Assembly: GCA_965113315.1 (NCBI GenBank)
Contig: OZ220367.1
From: Podarcis vaucheri
Lineage: Eukaryota
Strand: one strand, 5' to 3'
Length of the DNA: 64,000 nt
Shown here piece after piece: positions 25,101-35,152 of this stretch (positions within the stretch are counted from its first letter, which is position 1; the number at the start of each line of letters is the position of its first letter). Under the pieces are notes generated by a model. That model made no database searches. It saw only the letters and a program-made list of their open reading frames with translations, and was not told where the DNA came from. Position numbers and translations under genes: made by a program.

Positions 25101-28100
25101 ATGATACTTGCATTTCTATTATTTCATCAGCTGAACAAAACAGTATTGTATCTTCTCTGAAAAGCATTTATTGTTTTTTTAAAATCAGTCTAGATATTAC
25201 AACATGAACTAAATTAACAAATGCCGAGTACAATCTGCTATGAAATATCCATAAGCAAGCCTTAATGAAATGAACAGGAGCTTCGCAAGATCACAACACC
25301 CAGATATGTCAGCTGCAGATTAAATATTCTAGTTCATCAACACATACTAGTTTGACCTAATTTGGGTTAAACCACAGGGGACAGATATGCTGTAATGATT
25401 TTATTAGTGGCAAGCAAAAGGAGCCCTGTATGAACCCCCTGTGAAGAGTGCCCCCTACTTTTCTGCAATTTTTCACACCACTTTGCAAATATGTGAAGGT
25501 GAATTAGGCCAACACTCCTTCACTCAAATCTAGTTGCAGTTTTCTAGTTATAACAGAATGTCCACACATTTGGAAATACATCCCATTAAAAACAGTGGCA
25601 AGGACAACATCTGCATACAGCTGCAGTTGATCTACACTACATTATCAATAGGATGCACATTCTCATCTATATTCTGTTGCAACTGGCCACACATAACTAT
25701 GAAAGGTGGGGTACAAATTTAATATATAGATAGAACTGGATCAGGACACAAGTCACTGCTTGCCAGTACTGTGCATCAAGAAATCACCAGCATCGTTTGG
25801 CTGGGAACATCAGACTAATTGCTTTCGCAACAGGCAAATGTTTCTTCTTTTCCTCAAGAATAAAAGCAATGTGAGGGCTGTGGTACTTTCAGTGACATCA
25901 TCACGTAGCCAAATTCAATCATGTTGCTATAGTAAAGATCATACTGTGAGGAACGAAATTATGCTATAGCAGCAGCATATCATGTTTGAGAGTTTTGTAT
26001 AAAACAACTAACAAATAATAATAACAACAACCATGAACATACTTAAGAACTAGGGAAAGCCACTAAGGGGTATGTGAATGTGTTTAGGGACTTGCCAAAT
26101 CACTTGAAAACCTGGCTTTCTCCAAAAAATGTTTTAAGCATTAAAATTTGATGCATCACTAGTTTTTACTCTAGTTTACAGAATTGTGATTTAGTGTTTT
26201 ATTAGCTTTTCCATTACTGAAATTCTTTTTTGTACCCATTGTTAGAAAAAGCCACTAACAAATAACACTTGTCCCTACTAAAAAAGATTTCCCTATTTCT
26301 GAAGGTATGTGATATTTTGAGAACACCAAACAGAGGCTCAGTATAATGACTACAAGAAAGCTCTAGACATGACAGGCTACATAAAAATTATATAACATTC
26401 AGTATCTAAACAATAGTAAAGTCATTTTACATATAAAAATCTCAAAGCAGATTATAAAGTTTATCTGGACCTCGGCTTGTTTTACTGAAGTTGCCACTCA
26501 CTGGCTGCACAAAAATAGGAGTCAGCAGATGCAGTTCCATTTACCTGCTGTAATGCGGCTGCTGCGGCTGCAGCTTGCTGTTGTAAAGCAGCTGTCTGAC
26601 TGAGTTGATAGTTTGTTGGTGTCTGAGTATTGAGGCCTGCTGCTGCTAATGCAGTTTGTTGTGTATATATTGTAGGAGATGCTCCAAGTAAGGATGGTTG
26701 CTGAACACCAAGAGCAGCTGAAAATGTAGGATTTAAGCATTAGGACATCTTAGTTTGGGGTGGGTGGGTAGTACAGTCTCATCATGGTCAAACATGGGGT
26801 TTAACAGAACTAAGGATTTCCTCCTGTAAGTCAAAGCTTGTGGGGAAATGGCTCTTCCTTGCACCCCAATATACAGCACATGCACTTTTTATATAGGAGC
26901 TGCTGTTCAAATGCAGAAAAGGTTCAACTTTACTTTAACACACACAGTTGGCAGGATAGATCCAAAGCAACAAAGCAATGGAGTCTTCAGCAACTCTTCA
27001 CTTGGAACATAAAACTGAGAGCAATAATAAAAACCTAGCCTTAAAGCTAATAGGTATATTCAGTTATAGGAAATTAAGGATGGAGTATGCTTTACGCCAA
27101 GACTTCTTGGTGTGCCAGATCACAGGCCATTTTCAAACCACATTGCAGACTTAATGATCTGGTGCTAAATATAGATGAATTCTGGATCTTTTGAAGGCAA
27201 GGAAGAAACATTTTGAGGAAAATAAATGCAATACTGGCTGATGTATCAAACTGTAACTTAACCATTTAAAGATATAATGTGCTACTTAACAGTTAACAAA
27301 ACAGTATATGATATAAATCATTCTGCATTTATTCAAACAATTGTTACAAAATATATGTAGAATAAAAATGGAGCTGAAAACTGATGCACCATAAGAGTAT
27401 GCAAGCACCTGCTATTGCCAGCTAATAGATGCAGCAGGGGAGAGGGAAGAAGAGAAACTATAACATGGTAAATAACATGGTATATTAATTGGGCTTAGTA
27501 TCAGCATCTAGGCCTCACCATGATCATGGAAGAGGTGCTGCACATGCTTAGAGGGGAAAGCCCAGAAGTAATTATGCAATTAACAATTTCATTTCATTTC
27601 AGGCCTCACAGTTAAAACTGCTCATTCTCAAATTTTACTGGTCCTTCAAGCTTCTGTAATTTAGATCTCATTCAATTTTATTTCCATTTTACCTAAGGGC
27701 ACCAACAGAAAGCAGCATATCATTTGTAAAGTGACCATATATTAGACAAATTCTGTTATGTTCAGCTAAGCATTCTTAGCCTTGAACTTCATGCTCCAAA
27801 CTCTTAAACACTTACAGAAACTTTGAAAACAGAGTTGGAAAAATACCAGCTGAAGGCCCAAGTCTGTAAAAATTATCAGGTTCTTCCCTTTTAAGCAGCA
27901 AAGAAACCAACTTGGGAACAAGGAAGAAAACCATGCTTCTGAAGAAATGTAGCATTCCTGTTTTAATAACTTGTTTGAATGTGGTATACTGCAAAGCATA
28001 GTTGGCTCAACAACTAACAAAATATGCTACTTACTATTTCAAGCTAAATCCAGTCTCTGTATAACAGGGGCACCAATATGTATTCAAAGCATGATGTATT

Positions 28101-28647
28101 CAAAGCAAATTTCCTGCCCTTTTCATATAAACACAATGCCAAAGAATTGCTGAGTTTTAGGGATGTCACCTAGATAAAATTATTAAATCCACATATATGT
28201 GCATATGAAAAATAAATACTACTAAAGAAAAAAGCACACCATCTTTATGATAATGCATATGTGTGTGGCAAAATCTTAGAAGAAGCATTCCTCATCTGTC
28301 ACATCAGAATAAATTATTCATTTAAGGTGTTTGATGGCATGCATTTTTAATGAACTTATAAAAAAATATTTTTTAAAAAAAATAGTTCTGCTAATTAAAC
28401 AGGATCACCTTGTTGGCTGGACAAAACATTTTAATCAACCCAATTTATCAATTAAAACCCTTTAAACTATTCATTTTATTTTGGTTTCCTCTGACAAAAA
28501 GTATGAAACCTTGCAGAATGTCAGACTGAAGCTAAGGCAGTAGTTACTGGTTAAAAAGAAATATAAACGCTGACCTGGCTGAGATACTGCAGTGGCTGTA
28601 AACTGGGTAGCCCAAGGGGGATTCTTCTGTCCTCCAAACTGAGCCAT
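4063..28647 (-). CDS. CCAR1: CCAR1, cell division cycle and apoptosis regulator 1 (multi-exon CDS span, ~1146 aa if the missing exon is ~211 nt)
   Basis: Spliced translation runs MAQFGGQKNPPWATQFTATAVSQP...QRVFTGVVTKLHDTFGFVDEDVFFQL (S1-like)...SAP domain...DQKSKENGANV*. All traced introns are GT-AG and phase-consistent except across the N gap. Confidence 0.97.
4760..5170 (-). mobile_element. CR1 LINE 3' fragment (related copies at ~42638-42935 and 16300-16440)
   Basis: PQEVVMATNSDDFKQGLEKCMENR is a CR1 C-terminal motif; shared aagagccctgctgg...ccagcatc end. Confidence 0.7.
5369..5574 (-). CDS. CCAR1: CCAR1 exon 24 (coiled coil)
   Basis: (D)EDEKTILNLENLNKGLSAELKEVKKD...IHSVLKK; 206 nt. Confidence 0.95.
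5885..6070 (-). CDS. CCAR1: CCAR1 exon 23
   Basis: (G)NRLLLPSPAIKQEPRSSEENVGLIVYNGAMVDVGSLLQKLEKSEKARAEMEQKLQSLEEKT; 186 nt. Confidence 0.95.
6103..6166. repeat. 32-bp tandem duplication (2 mismatches)
   Basis: acatgtctggtga(g/a)ttt(t/c)aagactcctacagt x2. Confidence 0.9.
6554..6674 (-). CDS. CCAR1: CCAR1 exon 22
   Basis: VKKLLNKVVLRESCFYRKLTDTSKDEENQEEIETPQEEML; 121 nt. Confidence 0.95.
7077..7223 (-). CDS. CCAR1: CCAR1 exon 21 (EF-hand-like)
   Basis: ERDKTQMITVNRDLLMAFVYFDQCHCGYLLEKDLEEILYTLGLHLSRAQ; 147 nt. Confidence 0.96.
7662..7744 (-). CDS. CCAR1: CCAR1 exon 20
   Basis: (D)RDDEEMNRRDDRREGNRHCKERASKDK; 83 nt. Confidence 0.92.
8123..8234 (-). CDS. CCAR1: CCAR1 exon 19
   Basis: REDKRKDDAKDEDEMEDDNNQEEYDPMEAEDAEDEDD; 112 nt. 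Confidence 0.94.
8920..9153 (-). CDS. CCAR1: CCAR1 exon 18
   Basis: VSLFAELFNEMLQRDFGVRIYRSLLSLPDKEDKK...DDRK; 234 nt. Confidence 0.96.
10092..10283 (-). CDS. CCAR1: CCAR1 exon 17
   Basis: EEERKRLEEVERQRRERRYILPDEPAIIVHPNWAAKSGKFDC...HSFE; 192 nt. Confidence 0.96.
10478..10625 (+). mobile_element. Degraded tRNA-derived SINE (Squam3/MIR-like; similar at ~63045-63230)
   Basis: ggactggggagacccgggttcaaat B-box-like head. Confidence 0.5.
11033..11218 (-). CDS. CCAR1: CCAR1 exon 16 (SAP domain)
   Basis: VNDLRKELESRTLSSKGLKSQLIARLTKQLKVEEQKEE...; 186 nt. Confidence 0.96.
11544..11627 (-). CDS. CCAR1: CCAR1 exon 15
   Basis: DEEEKDDGEAKEISNPTHWSKLDPKAMK; 84 nt. Confidence 0.95.
12420..12719. other. 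Assembly gap (300 N), probably hiding CCAR1 exon 14
   Basis: Run of N; exon 13 ends phase 2 while exon 15 starts phase 0, and no fitting exon was seen in the flanks. Confidence 0.95.
13383..13549 (-). CDS. CCAR1: CCAR1 exon 13
   Basis: FLVGMKGKDEAMAIGGHWSPSLDGPEPEKDPSVLIKTAIRCCRALTGIDLSVCTQ(W); 167 nt, ends phase 2. Confidence 0.96.
13692..13827. mobile_element. hAT-type palindromic MITE, 136 bp
   Basis: TIR CAGGCTTCCT/AGGAAGCCTG, perfect 8-bp TSD CCCTACAG (13684-13691, 13828-13835), near full-length self-complementarity. Confidence 0.9.
14043..14105 (-). ncRNA. SNORD98: Box C/D snoRNA, SNORD98 orthologue (18S rRNA 2'-O-methylation guide) in CCAR1 intron 12
   Basis: Minus strand GAGTA-ATGATGT(C box)...CCTATTCCATTA-CTGA(D')...CTGA(D)-ACTC. 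The guide is complementary to 18S UAAUGGAAUAGG and the +5 rule gives a G. Flanking 8-bp stem gaatgagt/actcattc (14039-14046/14102-14109). CCAR1 is the known SNORD98 host. Confidence 0.93.
14855..14968 (-). CDS. CCAR1: CCAR1 exon 12
   Basis: VMLMASPSMEDLYHKSCALAEDPQELRDGFQHPARLIK; 114 nt. Confidence 0.96.
15522..15747 (-). CDS. CCAR1: CCAR1 exon 11
   Basis: LSCDMMELRRRYQNLYIPSDFFDAQFTWVDAFP...HLYSAK; 226 nt. Confidence 0.96.
17614..17775 (-). CDS. CCAR1: CCAR1 exon 10 (RS/RE-rich)
   Basis: RERERERRRSRERSPQRKRSRERSPRRERERSPRRPRRVVPRYTVQFSKFSLD; 162 nt. Confidence 0.95.
18009..18138 (-). CDS. CCAR1: CCAR1 exon 9
   Basis: GLLQPPVRIVSQPQPARRLDPPPRFSGRNDRGD...; 130 nt. Confidence 0.95.
19793..20540. 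mobile_element. Non-autonomous Tc1/mariner (Tigger/pogo-like) element, 748 bp, GC-rich
   Basis: TIRs CAGTGGT(A/G)CCTCGCAAGACGAA (1 mismatch in 22), TA target duplication, no transposase ORF. Confidence 0.92.
20970..21162 (-). CDS. CCAR1: CCAR1 exon 8
   Basis: NQTQTQPLLKTPPPVLQPIAQQ...QQPQQK; 193 nt. Confidence 0.94.
21246..21360 (-). CDS. CCAR1: CCAR1 exon 7
   Basis: AVKGKSPQVGDRVLVEATYNPNMPFKWNAQRIQTLPNQ; 115 nt. Confidence 0.95.
21490..21683 (-). CDS. CCAR1: CCAR1 exon 6
   Basis: PAVALPTSLSLSTPQ...GFVDEDVFFQL; 194 nt. Confidence 0.95.
23001..23033 (-). CDS. CCAR1: CCAR1 exon 5 (micro-exon)
   Basis: LQQPQQTLLTQ; 33 nt; TTTAAG|...CAG|GTTAG. Confidence 0.9.
23367..23550 (+). mobile_element. 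Sauria-type SINE, 5'-truncated
   Basis: Shares gcttagtcatgctggc...gcgagatgag...acctttacctt with the other copies. Confidence 0.85.
24930..24974 (-). CDS. CCAR1: CCAR1 exon 4
   Basis: QYSQPQQTLYSVQQQ; 45 nt; TTTCAG|...|GTTTG. Confidence 0.93.
26545..26717 (-). CDS. CCAR1: CCAR1 exon 3
   Basis: ALGVQQPSLLGASPTIYTQQ...AAAALQQ; 173 nt; AG/GT boundaries. Confidence 0.95.
28575..28647 (-). CDS. CCAR1: CCAR1 exon 2 coding part (exon starts 28695; ATG at 28647)
   Basis: MAQFGGQKNPPWATQFTATAVSQP; acceptor GATAG|GTC, donor CAG|GTCAG; 73 nt coding. Confidence 0.95.
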
Positions 28648-29329
28648 GATGACCGACAAAATTCTTTTGCTGTTTTAGTCTTCTACAACTGTGACCTATC
28701 AAAATAAATAACTTTATGAAAACCACACTAACACTTAAATTATTTTAATGCAAGTCTACTCCAGATTAGGCAGACTGGTTTTCAATGTGTGATGTGGCAA
28801 ATAACGTTTTAAAGTAAATTAACAATAGTACAATTATTAAACTAACCTTTGGTTGGGGAGGATTGCAGAAAAGTCATAGGCAAATAAACACCTGGATGTT
28901 CTAAGTAAATGCATAAAAAAACCTGGTTTGTGACAAAAGTTCAATACGTAGCTGTAACCAAGACTTCTAGAAGCTCATCTTTCAAGGTGTGGATGCATCT
29001 GCAACATAATATGGCACCTTACCAAGAGCAACGCTATCGCTTTGTTCACAGAAGTTTAATGGACTTGCAGATTTAAAATGGCACCGCAGTTAAAGAACAG
29101 GTCTTTGCACTGTAAATATCAGCGATTGTGAACCTAGGGGAGCGACTGGAGCTGCTGCGTGAAAGAGCAGGGGAAAATACCAGGTATACTGAAACACTTA
29201 GCCTGAGCCAGAAACGGAGACTGCCTTCCAAAGCAATATGTATTCGGAGAATAAAGATGAAAAGCAATCTCTTGAAAACGGAAGTTTCCCGAGAAGTTAG
29301 CGCGGGAGAGAGAAAAAGCAACGTCCACT

Positions 29330-30560
29330 AGAAACCTGCACGTAGGCAGACCGAGGTCGCGAGCACCTGACAGCCAGCTTAACTGAGCTCAGTCCGACTC
29401 GCTTCTGAGCAATCACACGTCCAATTGTCCTGTGTGAACCACTTGCAAAGAAAACCTCACCGACAGGATGGAAGATAAATTGTATTTAATGGGATACGTT
29501 TTTTTTGGGGGGGGGCGCCACACAAACAAGGCCTACAAATAAGGAACGAGAGAATGCGAGTGGAGGGAATTCACGGAGTGAAACAAAGAAGTAACTATTG
29601 GGTGGCTCTCGCGCTCCCCATGCCTACGAGGCACGCGGGGTGGGGGTCGAGAAAGAGGTGGGTGGAAGGCGGGCGGGGACACAGACAAGAGGCCTTTGAG
29701 GGCGAAACGGCCAGCCAGCTCGCTCGCTCTTCCTCCTCAGGTGGAGGGACAGGGGCCCGAGGAGAAAGCGGCGCGGGAGACGCGCCTCCTCCTCCTCCTC
29801 CTCCTCTCCCGCAACAACAATGAGGGGCAGAGGCCTGCCTGCCGCCCGGGAGCAGAGCCTCCCTCTCTCGCATTGCCCAGCCCGCCCAAGGGCCGCTCTC
29901 GGAAACCTCAAGGCTCGTCACTTCTGAAACGGCCAACCCGGACTCGGCGCCTTTGACGCGCCTCAACCCCGACGACCCTTTACCTGGCGCGGGCCGAATG
30001 GGGACTCACAGGGGCCATTTCAAACTCCTCCGGCACATTCCCCACCCCCTCCGACACCCCGCGCACACGGATAATCGAGGCACGGCGCATGCGTCGAAGT
30101 GGAGCGCGAGCGCGGACGGGCCGGAGGGGGCGATTCACTCGGGCGCCGCGCACCTCGGTGACGTCTCGAAGTGAGATTTCTCCGCCCCTCCCTCGCACAC
30201 GTGCTCCGGGAGGATGGGGTCGCCGTCTCCAAAACAAGGAAGGGAAGTAACGGCGCGCATGCGTCAAGGGAAGCACCCTCTCTCTCCCCTAACGATCGAG
30301 AAGCGAAGAATCCTATGAGGAAAGCCGTCATTCGATTTGCATTACGTCGTATTCCGTCGCCAGTTTGCTTGGCGGGTCATAACAGCAGCGCCATCTTACT
30401 GTAGAGTAGGCACCTTGAGGGAATGTCGAGGTTGAAAGGTTCGGGCCTAAAGAAGCGCCTCAGATTCTGCGCTGCCATGAGGCAAACAGAAACGCTTCCT
30501 GACGCCCGCTGCCTACCTGAAGCTCAGAATGCGCCCCAAGCGTTGAAAAACCAGGAGCCC
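29330..30560 (-). promoter_or_regulatory. CpG-island promoter of CCAR1
   Basis: GC/CpG-rich in an AT-rich window. NRF1-like GCGCATGCG (30085-30093, 30255-30263), E-box CACGTG (~30198), CRE-like TGACGT (~30159), octamer ATTTGCAT (30335-30342), YY1-like AAGATGGCG (~30389-30397, minus). Confidence 0.88.
29984..30100 (-). other. CCAR1: CCAR1 non-coding exon 1 (5' end approximate; donors after 29984 CAG|GTAAAG or after 30010 CCT|GTGAGT)
   Basis: Lies in the CpG island; contains GTTTGAAATGGC, resembling the mammalian CCAR1 5'UTR as I recall it; two consensus donors. Confidence 0.65.
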
Positions 30561-33500
30561 AAAATAGAAAACGAAATGTTACTGCTTTAATATTTATATG
30601 TTTGGGCCAATCTTATAAATTTCCAGTGCTCAAATGCGCAGTGTCACGCCACGGGAATACTTCACATTTTCTCTCCAACCGCCAATACTGTAGTTTAATT
30701 ATTTCAGGTACAGTTAGAAATGCCACTTTAAATGAAAGTTGGTGGGTTATCCAGGGTTGAGCGTTCCGTGGACTAAATAAAGAGAACTAAACGCCACAAG
30801 ACGACAAAAGAACAAACCACACTGATTTCTGCCACAATATTAATTACTGTATCAGCAACAGGAATACGGTTTTATTTTGAAAGCACTTAGCTACAAGAGA
30901 CACATATGCTTTTTCCAAAACAAGCATTAGTTGCGAAACGTGCTTATTTTTGCCAGCTATTTAACTCTTTAACGGCAGAGGAGCTGTACCAGATGAAGAA
31001 AAAATCTCAGCCAATATAAATGCCACAAAGCATAATAGTACAGCTTTTCAGGACAAGCAGCTGGTTCATCTGTCAAAGAAGTCACCCTTAGGGAATCAAC
31101 AAGGTTTCAATTTGTGGTTTCCTCCCCTAAAATAATCCAAAATAACTGATCAATTGTGTTTAGCTTCTGTGCAATGGAATAGTGCAAGTGTGAAAATTAA
31201 TTAAGCAATTAAGACAGAAGAGAACATTGTTAATCACAAACTTTCAACAGTGAAACCATATCCTGTCTTATCTTTCCAAAGCTAAAAAGCAATTTAAATT
31301 AAAATATTTAAAGAGTGGCGTACTATGCAATAATCCTGTTGATTCTCCTGAACTTTGCATTGGCTTTTGATGTCCTTCTGGACAGGCTGGATGGGTCAGA
31401 GATTGGAAAGAAGATGGTGCTAGAGAGCTACAGTTCCACTTATTGCCATCTATTGCTATGGGACCTTGCACTGTTCTGCCATGTCTCCCAACATGTTTTG
31501 AGGTGACTTCAAATACAGATGACACTCATCTCTATTTAGAAATGTAGAAAACTGCCTGGGTGAGTAATATCTTACTAATACTAGTAATGCTTCACTAGAC
31601 TGGGCTTCACTCCCTCAAAGAAACAAGCTAGAGTCTGGGGTGCTCCTTGACCCATCTGTGTTTTTGGAGGTACACACTGCCTCTGTGGCACAGTTTGGAA
31701 CATGGACAGAGATACCCTGACCTCAGCAATCCATGCCCTAGTAACTTGATTACCTGCTAATAACAGATTAATGTGCTATAATATATTGGGCTCCCTTTGA
31801 AGACTCTTTGGAAACTGCAATTAGGCTATAATACATTATACCTGGAAAGCATAAGTGCTGGTTTTGATTTTCAAAAGCTTGGTTCCAGGATACTTTAACA
31901 CTGCTTGTTTTCACATTTGTCTGCATGTATACCAAGATACTCAACTGAGGTGTGGTGGGTAACTACAGCGGTAAAGGCCTACTTATGGTGGCACCTTAAC
32001 TGCAGCATGCTTTCCCCAGGAGAACTTGCCTGGTGTGTCATTTCAGCACCAGATGAAGCCCTTTTAATTTTCCCAAGGTTTTAAATAGTCTGCAAATTGT
32101 TTTTAGGCTAATTTTGTGTTTGCTTTATTTCTTATGTCTTATGTTTTAATTCTTTGTTTTTTAAGTTCCTAAAGTAATTGTGCCTTTAACAGGAGCTTCA
32201 GATGCAGAAATCACTACGAGTAGCTTCCACTCCAGACACTGAGGTGGAATTTAGTTGCATCTGCTAATGCCTGCAGATGAAACTGCTGTTAAAAGCACAG
32301 GAGCAGATAAAAGTGGGGAAAGGGCAATCTTACCTGTAGCTCCAAGCTATTACTAAGATGCATTTGTATGAATGGATAAAATGCTCCTTTGCTGTGTGTA
32401 CTATCCTTCAGAAGAGAAAATGCCCAAGAAATATAGAAAATAAAAAATTAAGACAATCAAGTGCAAAATAGAAGTATAAAATTTATTTGAAACCATCCAC
32501 AATGTTCTGTGTTATCAGAAATGATACACTTTGTAATAATATTTTTTTTTTGGAAAAAAAATCATGACAAAAATTTAAAATATATTTTCAATGACAGCAA
32601 TTTATCTTGCCTTTTTAGGACATTTTTAAAGGAACATTTAAAAGTTTAAACAGATATGACACATACAAGAAAAAAACCAAGAAAAACAAAAACAAAAAAC
32701 CAGAACAGACCATCTCCACAACAATAATTTTTACACACATGTTTCAATACAATTTAAATGCATCTTGCTACATAAACATGAAATAATGTACAACAACTGC
32801 TGTGCACCAAAAAGAGTAGCTTAGTAAGATCTTTCAAGTAACATGCAGTCAAAACTTACGTCTTCAAGTACTGCTGGTAAGCGTTCCCTTGTCTGCAGAG
32901 AATATTCAAATATATTTTTCCCCACCCAATGAAATGAAGTAGCTTTAATCCTTTTTCCTGTAAGTATTGTGAAATAGTGAAGTGCTTTCCTCCCATTTAT
33001 TAGTAACTTAAAATAATGGTAAATGATAAAAATGTATTTGCCTTTTCATTTTTCAACCACTAGGATCATCTAAATACAGTAGAATGTTCGAGGGAAAATC
33101 CACCAAAATCAAAGTTATATCTGTTGAAAAATAAATATTGTATGCACCCCAGTTTAAAAAAACAACAACACACTACACACAAGAAACAATACAATACAGG
33201 GAATATTAGTCAACAACAGCTCAAGTTTCTTCTGCTTGAGCATAATGCATTTTCCTATTTTTGTTTTTAGGCTACTGAAACTGAATTTTTGAACATGTCT
33301 GCTGTGATTATTTTATGTATTACATTTTGAATACAATCCGGTAAGATTAGTCACAACTAATTCTTAACGAAATCAATGGGACATGCAACCTGATTATGCA
33401 TTTTTAGTCAGAAGCATACTAGAAAGGAAGTCCCACTGAACACAATCTAATTCACTTCCAAACAAACATGCTTAAGCCTACGCACATTTAGCTGGAAGAA

Positions 33501-35040
33501 AGCACCTTTTAACTCAATGGGGCTAGCTTCTGAGTAGATATGCATAAAGTTATTCTATAACCTCACTGATTTTACTGACACCAAGGCTGTAGTCCTGTGC
33601 ACAATTTACTCCCGTGTAATCCTCACTGAACTCAGTAGAATTTAGTTATGAGTAAACATTTCCTGGATTAGATTGCATAACTGCATTCTTAAATTTACTT
33701 AATTTAATTCAGTGGTACATTTCTGAATAAATATGCCTAAGACTGCAGCTTTTACTAGATTGCACCCTTGATTTCTGATTACCATAGCCATAATATAGTA
33801 AACCCCTTTATTCACACAGCAGCATTTCTGCTTTTCTAAACAGCATTCCTCCAACTCCCCTACTCTCCTGATCAAGCTACTTTTGAAACTTGAGGCAAGA
33901 AGGTCCTCTAGATCACAGTTGTACTTCTGACATATTTTTTGCAATGTGAAGATTTATTAAAAAAGAAAAAAAAGACAGCACTTCAAAAACTGGAACTATA
34001 AGGTCTTAAAATGTCTAACATCAAAATGTTTTGTTGCAACTACAATGAACATTAGATTTGTAATATTTTACAAAGCATTACCAGCCTATCTGGCTTCAAC
34101 ATCTTGGGCACTAGCTACATTCAGCATTGAAGGACACAACAGACAGAATCTCAAAGCTGCCATGTTTTGCTATAACTCTAAAATGGCATTCACAAATGCA
34201 AGAACATTGTATAGTCTTGCTAAACTGAAAACATTTATTAAATATTGATATACTATATAGCAGAAACCCAACTATCATAATTGCTTAATTAAAGCGTGTC
34301 TGTGTAGCTACATAGCATTGTAACACTAGGCTTCTTTTTAAATGATCTTTGATTACCCTAACATTTCAGGTGCCTCTCAAGCCAGCTTGTATTTGCAGCC
34401 TATGCCACTACAACTTTTAATTCTCATTCATAGTGCTGTTTGCTAAATGAAATTATTTTTAGACAACTAGTAGATTTTTGCTCAATTTCATTATTACATT
34501 TTGAGGTTCTGAAATGATGGCTGCAATGGCCTGCACATAGAAACAGTTGAGCAAATTGCTAATTTGCTTATAGACAAATGAAATAGCCACTTACTAGAGT
34601 TCCAATCACATAATTGGCTATAAATCCTTCATTTGTGAACTTTTACATATCACAACTACAGGTTTGGGCAATTTATTTTGTTTTCTAGCATCACCATGTT
34701 AAGGTGTCAATCCTATAGTTATTTGTGAACACGTGTTAACTACCACTGTTATTAGAATTAACTGAGAATTACCTTCTACAAATGCTGTTTGATTTGCAAC
34801 AGGGAATGAAGTTGGGTAAAATGCTATTAATGCTATCTCAGCAGGACAAGGAGTGTGTAACATAGCTGTTCAATTAAACACTTGCCAAATGCTGAAATGA
34901 TTCAGTCTTACCACATTCTGCTAGTATTATGACTCCTATCATCCCATGGAACAAATCAGTCACCCTGTTTTTTCTTACAGAAAGAATTGGATAAGGTATG
35001 TCTACAGCTGCAAACCTATGTTCTGGATAATAAAAATATG

Positions 35041-35152
35041 TTTATTTTAATATCCCATTTTTATTCTGTTACGGAACTCAAGATACTGAATATGCTTCCT
35101 AGGGAGTCACCCACCCAAGCACTGACCAGAGCCCGATCTGCTTAGCTTCAGC
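35041..35152 (-). mobile_element. 5S rRNA-derived SINE-like fragment (related copies ~57670-57773 minus, ~14626-14700 plus)
   Basis: GAAGCTAAGCAGATCGGGCTCTGGTCAGTGCTTGGGTGGGTGAC resembles the 5S internal control region GAAGCTAAGCAGGGTCGGGCCTGGTTAGTACTTGGATGGGAGAC, followed by a non-5S tail. Confidence 0.65.

Noticed and set aside
29554-30404. Multiple ORFs in the CpG island
   Set aside because: Expected from GC content; low-complexity products.
31172-31183. aatggaatag, resembling the SNORD98 guide
   Set aside because: No adjacent D' box or C/D boxes; intergenic chance match.
35100-35152. Functional 5S rRNA gene
   Set aside because: Only ~50 nt, diverged, fused to an unrelated tail.
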